Source: Phycisphaerae bacterium (GTDB lineage Bacteria; Planctomycetota; Phycisphaerae; UBA1845). From it: a stretch of 64,000 bases of DNA. The stretch covers positions 512,001 to 576,000 of the forward strand of contig CAXXGO010000003.1 of assembly GCA_963666835.2 (NCBI GenBank), read 5' to 3'. Positions 26,609 through 35,561 of the stretch are shown one piece after another. The translations under genes were made by a program, and so were the position numbers. Each line of letters opens with the position of its first letter. Position 1 is the first letter of the stretch. The notes beneath the pieces were generated by a model, which was not told the origin of the DNA, searched no databases, and saw only the letters and a program-made list of their open reading frames with translations.

Positions 26609-29470
26609 CTAGAGTGTCTTAAGATACTCCATAAGGTCGTTCAACTGGTCCTTGGTCATATCGTTGGTTACCCCGTGTTCGTCGTACGGGTTGAACCTCG
26701 TCCAGATCTCCTCGAGAGTCTCGGCGGTTCCGTTGTGCAAATACGGCGCCGAGTCGTAAATGTTGTTAAGGTGAGGCACATCGAATTCGGCCTCGCGATC
26801 CATCATCATCTTCGTACCGACATCCCGCACCGTTCGATCCGTGAACAACGGCGCAAAGTGGCAAGTGGCACAGCGGTTCTCTTCGGGAATCACTTTCCCG
26901 TCGTTGCCGACGGTTCGCTCAAAGACGGCTTTGCCGCGCCTTTGCGCAGGAGTCAACTTCCCCCCCACCGGCCGATATCGGTTTGGCGGACGCGGGATCG
27001 TGCAGATGTAGTTGTCCAGCGCCGCCAGCTCCTCCGGGGTGAACGGGTCGATCCTGGTAAAGAACACGGCCAGTCGCGGACCGCATTGCCGTTGCAGACT
27101 CGGATTCGTCCCCTCCCATTTGAAAGGAGCGGTATCCAGGATTCCGCGCAGCGTACGGTTGTCCACGGGGCTGCTCCCGATTCCGTCCGGTTCAATGTCG
27201 TACGTCAGACCGTCAATATGCCCGTCCGGATGGCACGAATGGCAGGAGAACTGGCGGTGGAACGTCACGTCGGCACTATGAAAAAGCAGCTCACCCCAGC
27301 GCACCTTGGTAATCGTCTCCGGACCACCCAAGTCGATCCGCCCCGCCGCCTCCAAACGGGGTACGTCAATCACCGTGATGGAATCGTCCAACGCGTTGGC
27401 GACAAAGGCCAGCCGTCCGTCCTTCGAGAAGAGCACCCCTCGCGGGCTGTTCCTGGTTTCAATGTGCTTGAGAATGAACTCCGTCGGTTTTCCAAGATGG
27501 TTCGGGAGAACATGCTCCAACTCATACTGACTTGCCCCGCGGAGCATCGTAATCAGCTTATCGACATCGATAACCGCGACCCGATCGGACCCGCTGCTGG
27601 TTACGAAAGCCAGCTTACCGTCCGGGCTGATTGCCACACCGGCCGCATCCGGAAAACACAGGTGCGGCTCGTCAAGCAGAACCTGATTGACCCTCCCGTC
27701 GCGCCAGATCACGCCCATCCCATTGGTGATCGTCCAGCCCTGCAGTAGCCTAGTCATCGGAACGAGGTTCTTGGTTCGGTTCAGAGTAATCAGTGCAAAC
27801 TCCCCGGACGGGTGCCAGGCGATACCCTGCATCAAGTTAGCTCCCGGCACCGTTATCCGCTGCTCCACCGCCTCCCGCCGGGTGTTGATAATCGTGACTT
27901 CCGACAGCGACGGCTCACGGAACTCCACAAACCGCGAAAGGGTGTTGGTGCAAGCGATTCGCTCTCCGTCGGGGCTCAGTGCTGCGGCCCACGGTCCCCG
28001 ACTACCGGTCAGGCGCTTCTTTTCTGTCCCGGTATCCCCATCAATCACCGAGATGCTGTCCGCAGAGGTGTTCAATACGTAGACGACCCGACCGGCCTGG
28101 TCCATCAGAACCCCGTGCGGTTCGTCCCCAACTTCAACGGTTTTCAGAACCGTGCGGCTTTGCGTATCCACCACCACCATCGTGTCATCCAAGCGGTTCG
28201 TCACAAATGCGCGCGTCCCGTCCGGACTGAAGGCCACCCCGGTAGGCTGCCCTCCCGTTGTAATCTCCGCCACCGCTCGCCGTGACGCCACATCGACTAC
28301 CACCACGGAGTCGGACGCCTCGCATGCTACGTACAATTCAGTTCCATCTGGAGAAAGCGCGAGGTTTAGCGGCGTCTTGTAGCGTTGGGCTTGGGTCCCT
28401 TCCTTCAGTGTTTCCGCGCGCAACGGATGGCTGATCTTCTTCATCTTGGCGGTATAATCGAAAGACGATCCGTCATCTGAACCGTGGCACGGTGCGCACG
28501 TCTGCGCAGTAACGGGCAGCAGTCCGGCCTGCCGCGCGGCGGGCGGGTCGCGCATGACGGCTTCCACCGCGTAGTCACTGCCGGGTCCGTGACAGGCCTC
28601 ACACTGCACTCCGTCGAGCAGATCGAAACCGGGCAGCGCCGGGGCCGCCCCTTTGCGCACACCGGTTGCGTGGCATACCAGGCACTCCTGCAACTCCTGC
28701 GGAACGCCCCTTGCCCCGGCCTTCTCCGCCGCCTGATAGCCCGCCGGCGTGCCTAGCACCGCATAAGCTGCGGCATGCCCGCTGTCCCGCCACTTGCTGA
28801 ACTGGTAACCCATCATAGGCCCCTTGTGGCAGCCCGCGCATTTCATAACCCCGACGTATCCCCTTGTGCCTGAAGCCGGCTTATTCTCCGGGCGGGCTGT
28901 TGCCGCCGCCCCATCGTTGGGCGTCGGGTGGGCGATCTTCTTCATTCCCATCGCCACGTCCAACTGCGGCGCACTGAGCACCGCCACATGCGAGCCTTTC
29001 ACATTGTGGCACATCATGCAATCGCGCGGCCGCGGCATTCGCAGGCCCGCCATCATGGCCTTCTCCCGGTCCATCATTACTTCGTTGTTCGCATATTCGC
29101 TGCCAGGACCGTGACATGTCTCGCATTGCACCCCGTCTTCAAGAAGGAACTCGTCTTCCTTCTCCCACGCCTCCACCCTCGAGCCCGTAGCGTGGCACCC
29201 CAAGCACATGGCGGATTCCTGCGGTTCCTCGGGGATCCCGCTGAGCTCGGCGATCTTCTTGGACTGCGGGCTCCACAGGCAGGCGTAAGCTCCCGAATGG
29301 GCCGACGCCCGCCATAGACCGACCTGATGACCGGCCGCTTTTCCCGCGTGGCATTTGGCGCAGGCTCTGACACCTACGTATATGGGATGCCGGTCGTGGA
29401 CGCCGGGATCCGAAGCCGACGCCAAACTCGCCACGACCCCCACACAGACAACCAAAACGCCCAATCGCAT
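26609..29470 (-). CDS. 10-heme fusion: two c554-like tetraheme domains + YVTN beta-propeller + CcP/MauG-like diheme domain (HzsB/HzsC-like architecture)
   Basis: Signal peptide; CAKCH, CLGCH, CETCH, CMMCH; CAGCH, CLVCH, CEACH, CAPCH (each unit YVGV..C..CH, W..S.H..AY, GVQCE.CHGPGS.Y); YVACEASDSV/FVTNRLDDT/YVLNTSADSI propeller blades; WGELLF..SCHSCHPDG, RGKAVF..CATCH, PHLNNIYDSAPYLHNG. Confidence 0.88.
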   Translation of the reverse strand: MRLGVLVVCVGVVASLASASDPGVHDRHPIYVGVRACAKCHAGKAAGHQVGLWRASAHSGAYACLWSPQSKKIAELSGIPEEPQESAMCLGCHATGSRVEAWEKEDEFLLEDGVQCETCHGPGSEYANNEVMMDREKAMMAGLRMPRPRDCMMCHNVKGSHVAVLSAPQLDVAMGMKKIAHPTPNDGAAATARPENKPASGTRGYVGVMKCAGCHKGPMMGYQFSKWRDSGHAAAYAVLGTPAGYQAAEKAGARGVPQELQECLVCHATGVRKGAAPALPGFDLLDGVQCEACHGPGSDYAVEAVMRDPPAARQAGLLPVTAQTCAPCHGSDDGSSFDYTAKMKKISHPLRAETLKEGTQAQRYKTPLNLALSPDGTELYVACEASDSVVVVDVASRRAVAEITTGGQPTGVAFSPDGTRAFVTNRLDDTMVVVDTQSRTVLKTVEVGDEPHGVLMDQAGRVVYVLNTSADSISVIDGDTGTEKKRLTGSRGPWAAALSPDGERIACTNTLSRFVEFREPSLSEVTIINTRREAVEQRITVPGANLMQGIAWHPSGEFALITLNRTKNLVPMTRLLQGWTITNGMGVIWRDGRVNQVLLDEPHLCFPDAAGVAISPDGKLAFVTSSGSDRVAVIDVDKLITMLRGASQYELEHVLPNHLGKPTEFILKHIETRNSPRGVLFSKDGRLAFVANALDDSITVIDVPRLEAAGRIDLGGPETITKVRWGELLFHSADVTFHRQFSCHSCHPDGHIDGLTYDIEPDGIGSSPVDNRTLRGILDTAPFKWEGTNPSLQRQCGPRLAVFFTRIDPFTPEELAALDNYICTIPRPPNRYRPVGGKLTPAQRRGKAVFERTVGNDGKVIPEENRCATCHFAPLFTDRTVRDVGTKMMMDREAEFDVPHLNNIYDSAPYLHNGTAETLEEIWTRFNPYDEHGVTNDMTKDQLNDLMEYLKTL

Positions 29471-29499
29471 CGTACTGCACCCTCCCGGCCGGCCGGTAG

Positions 29500-31125
29500 T
29501 CAGCCCTTCTCCTGGATTACGCTGAGAATCTGCCTGCTCGCCACGTCCTTCAGTACGGTCGTTTCGCCGTTAGGCCAGCGGATCTCGACCCGGTCGACCT
29601 TGTTTGCATCCTTGAGCCCGAAGTGGGCCCGCGGATCGCTCCGCGAAAGATACCCGGTTACCCCCGCCACTTCGCACACCCGACGACTCTCGCCCACAAT
29701 CGCGGTGACCCGTGCGCCAATGGCGTCAGCCCCGCTCCCAGCGAGCTTCGGCGCGACGGTCAGCCAGTGGTTCCGATTGCCGCCGTCATTACGCAGGAGC
29801 CTGGCCGGTCCGTTGAGGTTCATCACAAGAATGTCAATGTCCCCGTCATTATCGTAATCCGCCACGGCCGCACCTCGGCCCACGTACTTCTCACGGAAGT
29901 AACTCCCCGACCGATCCGCAACATCGACGAACACCCCGTCGCCACGGTTTCTAACCAGGACGTCCTCCTCACTGTACTCGTGGTGGGCGTTGCCGTTGGC
30001 TACGAAAATATCTAATAAGCCATCGTTGTCGTAGTCCAACAGCCCGCCGCCCCAGCCGGTGTACTGCCCGCAGATGACCGCCAGATTGCTCGGAGCAGTC
30101 ACGTCAACGAACCAATCCCCCTTCCGCAACAGCAGACAACCGTACCCCATGTCAGGAATGTAAACGTCGAGCAGGCCGTCGCGATTCACGTCCCCGACGA
30201 CCGGGCCCATTGACGATGCCCCCTGTCCGCCTTCCCCAAACGCCAGCCCCCAATCCAACGTCTCGTTTCGAAAGGTCCCCTTACCGGTGTTGACAAAGTA
30301 CGCATTTGGCGTGGCATCGTTGGTGACGTAGAGGTCGATCAGACCATCGTCGTTCAGATCAGTCGCAACCGCGCTCATCGCCCGTCCGTCCGGATAGAAG
30401 ACTCCGACCTCTTTCGAAACTTCCGAGAAACTGCCGTCACCGTTGTTGCGGTAGAGTCGGTCGGGATGCGCTCGGTAGCTCAGCGGCCCCGGATAGCCGG
30501 CGGCCGGGTAGAAATCGCGGAACTGCCCTGCGTCGTACTCAAGGTAGTTGGCCACGTAGACATCCAGATCCCCGTCACCGTCATAATCCAGCCACGGGGC
30601 GGAGAGACTCCACAGCGGATCAGCCAAGCCCGATTCCGCAGAGGCGTCGGTGAACGTACCGTCGCCGTTATTGCGGTAGAGCACGTTGGGACCGTAGTTC
30701 AACACGTACAGATCAACATCGCCGTCGTTGTCATAATCCGCCGCCGATACGCCAATCCCATACCCCTGATCGCCCACCTTGGCCTTGTCTGTAACGTCGA
30801 CGAAAGTGCCGTCACCGTTGTTACGGTAGAGCCGATTCGACAGTTGGCCGCGCAAGTCGCGTCCCAGGTTATCGTTGACCTCGCGCCGCCAGCAGGCGTT
30901 CACCAGGTAGATGTCGAGAAGACCATCCCCGTCGAAATCGAAGAACGCTCCGCCCGGACCGGTCCCTTCGACGATATTGCTGAGGTTGCGGTCTCCGAAG
31001 CTGTGTTTGAACTCAAGGCCCGCCTGCTCGGTCACATCGGTGAAGACCGGCAGCGGAGCATCCTCTCCGGCCGCCGCACATGCCGCCAACATCGTGACAC
31101 ACCATGCCTTGCCGATGGTTCTCAT
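29500..31125 (-). CDS. CRTAC1/ASPIC-UnbV FG-GAP repeat protein
   Basis: FTDVTEQAGL, repeated DYDNDGDxDLYV, AIGARV, DPRAHFGL, VEIRWPNG; ATG 31125 overlaps the upstream TGA (ATGA). Confidence 0.9.
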   Translation of the reverse strand: MRTIGKAWCVTMLAACAAAGEDAPLPVFTDVTEQAGLEFKHSFGDRNLSNIVEGTGPGGAFFDFDGDGLLDIYLVNACWRREVNDNLGRDLRGQLSNRLYRNNGDGTFVDVTDKAKVGDQGYGIGVSAADYDNDGDVDLYVLNYGPNVLYRNNGDGTFTDASAESGLADPLWSLSAPWLDYDGDGDLDVYVANYLEYDAGQFRDFYPAAGYPGPLSYRAHPDRLYRNNGDGSFSEVSKEVGVFYPDGRAMSAVATDLNDDGLIDLYVTNDATPNAYFVNTGKGTFRNETLDWGLAFGEGGQGASSMGPVVGDVNRDGLLDVYIPDMGYGCLLLRKGDWFVDVTAPSNLAVICGQYTGWGGGLLDYDNDGLLDIFVANGNAHHEYSEEDVLVRNRGDGVFVDVADRSGSYFREKYVGRGAAVADYDNDGDIDILVMNLNGPARLLRNDGGNRNHWLTVAPKLAGSGADAIGARVTAIVGESRRVCEVAGVTGYLSRSDPRAHFGLKDANKVDRVEIRWPNGETTVLKDVASRQILSVIQEKG

Positions 31126-33104
31126 TCCGTAACTCCACGCGCTAGCCCGGCATCCGTGGCGGGCCCCACCTCTTGTTCTGGAATGCCATCCCAATGAGCA
31201 CCCAGATCAATCCACTCGATAAGTGTCGCCTTTTCGGCATTAGATAGCTGCTTGGCCTCCGCCGGCGGGCACTGCGAAACCGCTTGCCCGCTCCCCATCG
31301 CCGCATCCTCAGAACTCACGGTGTTCCGCCCGAAGAGCCGCCAGACCAGCGGACTGGTTCTGGCCTGTCCCGGGTGGATGTACTTGCCCCTGACCGGATC
31401 GCTCCCCGCTACCGAATCCTCTACACCTTCAAGAAGAGCAGCGTACACTTGATCGGCTCCCCCCGTCGGCTTTAGCTCCAGATCAAACTCACGGGCTGAA
31501 TCACCGTGGCACCCCATGCATTTCCGCTCGATAATCGGCATGACCTCGCGTCGAAAGTCAACGGTCCTTCGTTTCAGAGCCGGCAGGGTCAACCGCGTGG
31601 CCGGGCGTCGCAGAGCCGCCACGAGCCGGTTCTCCGGAGTCAGTTCCGGATCTTCGTGGCAGCCGATACAGCCCCGCGGCTCGCGATGCTTCACCCAGAT
31701 CCACCCGGAGCTTGCCAAAGCCAACCCGTCAGCATCCAACGTCTGCAACTGAACCGGCAGGTCAGCCGGTATTTCTATCTGAAAGGAGCCGTCCTCCTCA
31801 ATCGGCGCCACCCCCAACAGCCGCTTGCGCACCACCGGAGGCCACATCTGTAGCGAGTCGGAGATTCGTTCACCGGCCCGCGCGGGAACGCCCTCAATCA
31901 CGCGCAATGTTCGGGTCGTACCGGCCAGCATGCGTGGGGCAGCCGAGGGATCGGTAAGGTTTGCGTTCAGGCAATACAACTGGCCCGTCGGGTACTTCTC
32001 GTTAACTACGCTCGAACGTCCGTCCGGCTGACACCGCGGCGTCAACACCTTGGCGTGAATATCATGATAAACGGGATCATCGAAAAGAAGGTGGCTTCCG
32101 CCGGTACGCGGATCAAACTCCCATAACCCATGCGTCTCACTGGCATCGGCCGGCCGACGGGACACCACAATACTCCCGCCCGGAAGCGGCGTCGGAGAAT
32201 GGTACAACAGCGAAACATCGTTCGTTAGACTCCGGTAGGAGTGATGATTGCGTCGAACCGAGACGGCCGCAAGCTGCCCCGCTCCGTCCCAGCCGACCCG
32301 GTCCGCCTCGACGAACACCACCAGTCCGTCCTCGGTTGCGCAGGGCATGTGTTTGATTCGGCGCCCTTGATCGCCGCAGAACAGAGCGTAATCAGCGCCA
32401 TCCGTGTTCACTCCGAAAAGCGATATGCGTCCCCAGAAACCGCGACGCAAATCCGCCCGTTGGCCGCCGGCGTGCAGAACCCGCCCATCGTTCATCAGGA
32501 ACGGATCCAAGTCATCGCTGAGGTTCGCCGTCAACCGCCGCATCGATGTGCCATCCAACCGGCAACTGTAGAGGCTCATCGCGGCGCCGGAGCCCCACTC
32601 GTTCAACGCCCCCGCAGCATCGCTGGCGAACATCACCTGAAACCACGGTTCGGTCGAGACAATGGTGTAGAGCGTAGACTGATAGGCAGGCTGGCGGCAA
32701 TTGCCGTGATCTCGCGTGACTTGGCGCTTCCCAGTTCCGTCGGCGTTCATCTCCCAAATGTCCCAGGGATCCCCCTGCCGCCGTTTCGCCGCAAAGAGGA
32801 TCCGGTCGGCGTCAAACGAGACGTCCAACTCCCCCGCGCCGGCGAACTGCTCGGTAAGAACGCGCAGCCGCCCGTCCGGTTCCAGGCGAACGATTCGCCC
32901 GCCGTCACCATAATCGGCCCGGAGCATTCCCCCTGCCCGCCCGGACAGACCCCGGCTCGCCGTCACCGGAAGCTGCAGAAAGACCACCGGGTGCTCCAAG
33001 GGATAGTCAGAGCTCGGCAAAGCCTGCACCAGACCCGCCCCCGAACCGACGACAACAATCGCCGCAGCCAAGACGGACCGATATCCCTTCAACACTCCGC
33101 TCAT
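31122..33104 (-). CDS. Hydrazine synthase alpha-subunit-like protein (TolB-like propeller + HZS-alpha middle domain + 2 hemes)
   Basis: Signal peptide; DVSFDADRILFA, WDIWEMNADG, DLDPFLMNDGRVL; LLGVAPIEEDGSFQIEIPADLPVQLQTLDADGLAL...W...EPRGCIGCHE; TVDFRREVMPIIERKCMGCH; PGQARTSPL; LIEWIDLGA. Confidence 0.82.
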   Translation of the reverse strand: MSGVLKGYRSVLAAAIVVVGSGAGLVQALPSSDYPLEHPVVFLQLPVTASRGLSGRAGGMLRADYGDGGRIVRLEPDGRLRVLTEQFAGAGELDVSFDADRILFAAKRRQGDPWDIWEMNADGTGKRQVTRDHGNCRQPAYQSTLYTIVSTEPWFQVMFASDAAGALNEWGSGAAMSLYSCRLDGTSMRRLTANLSDDLDPFLMNDGRVLHAGGQRADLRRGFWGRISLFGVNTDGADYALFCGDQGRRIKHMPCATEDGLVVFVEADRVGWDGAGQLAAVSVRRNHHSYRSLTNDVSLLYHSPTPLPGGSIVVSRRPADASETHGLWEFDPRTGGSHLLFDDPVYHDIHAKVLTPRCQPDGRSSVVNEKYPTGQLYCLNANLTDPSAAPRMLAGTTRTLRVIEGVPARAGERISDSLQMWPPVVRKRLLGVAPIEEDGSFQIEIPADLPVQLQTLDADGLALASSGWIWVKHREPRGCIGCHEDPELTPENRLVAALRRPATRLTLPALKRRTVDFRREVMPIIERKCMGCHGDSAREFDLELKPTGGADQVYAALLEGVEDSVAGSDPVRGKYIHPGQARTSPLVWRLFGRNTVSSEDAAMGSGQAVSQCPPAEAKQLSNAEKATLIEWIDLGAHWDGIPEQEVGPATDAGLARGVTE

Positions 33105-33307
33105 TTCCTATGTCTGCCCCCCTGCAATACGGGGTTCCTGAACCAAAGCCGCGAACACACCCGCAAGGAGCGAGTCTGATAAGTTTACCCCAACCGCGCA
33201 AGCCGAACCAGCATTATCACCGCGGAGCCGTTACCACGAGTTGCGGGTTTACCTGGCCCCGATATGCGCCGGCGCCGAAGACACCGCACCGCACGAAAGC
33301 GCGGCAG

Positions 33308-33322
33308 GCCGGATTCGTGCCA
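33308..33322 (-). promoter_or_regulatory. Possible sigma54 -24/-12 promoter of the hzs-like operon
   Basis: Minus strand TGGCACG-AATC-CGGC: perfect -24 box, GG-N10-GC spacing, imperfect -12; about 200 nt upstream of ATG 33104. Confidence 0.35.
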
Positions 33323-33402
33323 GACTGTCCTCCGATTGCCGACGGGAGACGATCGAGCGCCACCGTTATCACTTGGCCTGTCCGCCCGGGTCCCATCATT
33401 CC

Positions 33403-35454
33403 CTATCGCGGACTGCTGATGTGCTCGGTGAAAACCCGGTAGTCAGACAGGTCAATGTCCTGGTCGTCGTCGAAATCGAACTTCAGCCAGTACTTCAGGT
33501 CCGGCTCCTCGTATTGGGGCCACTCCTTGCTACCGCTGAAGCCGGTTTGCATGACGGCGAAATCTCTCAGATCGAGATCGCCGTCATCGTTGAAGTCCCC
33601 AAGCAAACACCCCTCGCGGCAAGGATCGGCAATACAATCCGGAACGCCGTTCTGTAACACGCACAAGTCTGGCGGGTAGTCCATCAGACAGTAGGTTCCG
33701 TCACTCCAGCAGCACTCCCCAAACAGCGGGCAAACGCAGACCCCGCCGGCGGTAGTCTCCGGGCAGAGATCTAAGCAGTCGTCGAGCCCGTCACCGTCAG
33801 TATCCGCAGGAAAAACGCAATCGTCCGGGATTCCGTTGCCGTCACAGTCGTCCTCGCATCCGTCCGGAATCGTGTTGTCGTTGCAATCCCGGCACCACAA
33901 CGACTCATCACAGTCCCGAATATCGCATTGATCCGCGATGCCATTACCGTTGCAGTCCGGTTCGCACTCGTCCGGAACCACGTTATTGTTACAGTCGATA
34001 CTCCCGCCACAAGGCGGCTCGCAATCATCTGCATCGCAGTCGACGTCACACCGATCGGCAATACCGTTTCCGTTACAGTCAAGCGACTCGGGTCTTGGGC
34101 CGATACTGAGCCCCGTCATCTCCGCTGGTGATCCCGGCTTGAACAATCCGACCGTAACCGTAATCGGCCCGGGTACGATATTGGCATCAAAGGAGAAGCT
34201 ATACAGCGTACTGAAACGCAGAGCGTTGGCATTGGGATTCTCGGCGAAACTCTCGGTCGACCAGGTCAGCGCGCCGCCTTCTTCAACGCTTGGCCAGTCG
34301 TCACCGCTATATATCTCGCCGCTGTGATAATCTACATCGTGGAACGCTATGTTCGAGATAATCGCGCCCTCGGGAAGCGGTATGCTGAACGAACCGGCCG
34401 CCCGGTCGGTGTTCAGATTCTGCAATGCGTAGGAATACCGGTATTCGCCGGTCCCAAGGTCCACCGCCTTGGCCGCGAGAATCAGAAGCCCTTCACTGGG
34501 AATCTGTAGGTCCGTTTCGACCACGGCCGGGTCCGTATCTTGCCACGCGCGCACCGCCGGTTGTTCCCATTGCGTCTGTCCGGTCGGTGTCACTACGAAC
34601 TCGTGTGCTTCTGTCTTGGTCAACATGGCCGGGCGATACGAAGCGTTGTTAAAACCGTTCCCGGCCATGGCATCCGCCGCGGTCACATAGTGGCTTTGCA
34701 GGAAGTAAGCCGCACCAGCATTCAGAGCAGGATCCAGATCTTCTTCATGAACCTGCAGCCTCTTCCCGACGATCGGCTCCGGATCAGGCGCGGTCCATGG
34801 ATATGGAAAGTACCCGGTGAATACATTCACGTCCGACCGCCTACTCATATTGGTTTGGATACCGTTGATCGACGCAGAGTGCTCGTCAGAGCAACCTATT
34901 CCGAGCGCACTTCCGTCTGTCGGGTCTTCGCATTGCCCCGGCCAGTACCCACAGAAGTTCCACGACATGGCGTACAAACAATGCGAGCACCAACTCATTC
35001 CGATCTGTTGAAACTGATCGTTCTTGAGTTGGTACATGCTCTGCACGATGATTGGGTGGTTGTTGGTGTGCGCTACCCAGCTTACCCGAGCGTCCCCCAG
35101 ATTGCAGACACGCGTGCCGACAGCATAAGCGTGGATGTCCTCGTAGGCGCCGCTGCCGTGGCCGTAATACTGAACCGATTGAAGATCCGCGACGATGACA
35201 TCAGGGCCGCCCGTGCCGGCCACTCCGCCGACCCCGATAGACGGTTCCTCCGCTGCCGCGGCCCGTGAATCGAGCCTGCTCGTCTCAACGCGCTGCGGCT
35301 CAGTCGCTGTCTTCTCCGGAAGCGTATTGCTCGGGCTGAGTACGCCCGAATCCTCGTTGATCGCCCCGAGGCAAAGAGGCAGTCCGTACGACGCGGACAG
35401 ACCTGCCGCCAAGAGACTGATAACCACGCAGTCCAAACCGCAACGTCCCCTCAT
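33403..35454 (-). CDS. Secreted Cys-rich protein (GPDVIV core + DCNxNG repeats + C-terminal dockerin/EF-hand-like tag), paralog B
   Basis: AGGAG RBS, signal-like N-terminus, DCNGNGIADxCD repeats, GDFNDDGDLDLRDF...DFDDDQDIDLSDY. Confidence 0.85.
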   Translation of the reverse strand: MRGRCGLDCVVISLLAAGLSASYGLPLCLGAINEDSGVLSPSNTLPEKTATEPQRVETSRLDSRAAAAEEPSIGVGGVAGTGGPDVIVADLQSVQYYGHGSGAYEDIHAYAVGTRVCNLGDARVSWVAHTNNHPIIVQSMYQLKNDQFQQIGMSWCSHCLYAMSWNFCGYWPGQCEDPTDGSALGIGCSDEHSASINGIQTNMSRRSDVNVFTGYFPYPWTAPDPEPIVGKRLQVHEEDLDPALNAGAAYFLQSHYVTAADAMAGNGFNNASYRPAMLTKTEAHEFVVTPTGQTQWEQPAVRAWQDTDPAVVETDLQIPSEGLLILAAKAVDLGTGEYRYSYALQNLNTDRAAGSFSIPLPEGAIISNIAFHDVDYHSGEIYSGDDWPSVEEGGALTWSTESFAENPNANALRFSTLYSFSFDANIVPGPITVTVGLFKPGSPAEMTGLSIGPRPESLDCNGNGIADRCDVDCDADDCEPPCGGSIDCNNNVVPDECEPDCNGNGIADQCDIRDCDESLWCRDCNDNTIPDGCEDDCDGNGIPDDCVFPADTDGDGLDDCLDLCPETTAGGVCVCPLFGECCWSDGTYCLMDYPPDLCVLQNGVPDCIADPCREGCLLGDFNDDGDLDLRDFAVMQTGFSGSKEWPQYEEPDLKYWLKFDFDDDQDIDLSDYRVFTEHISSPR

Positions 35455-35561
35455 CACATCGCTCCTTCCAGGGACACGGGCCATCCCCCCGGCAACCTCA
35501 ACCCGCCCTCCGGTTGTCAGCGCCCGGCAACTCAGGGCAACGGCGCCGAGCTCATCAGCGA

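Noticed and set aside
26609..33104. Calling the locus bona fide anammox hzsABC
   Set aside because: Tyr ligand motif is absent, the alpha-like subunit is only 660 aa, extra domains and genes are present, there is no HAO/HDH in the window and the host looks non-anammox; gene symbols withheld
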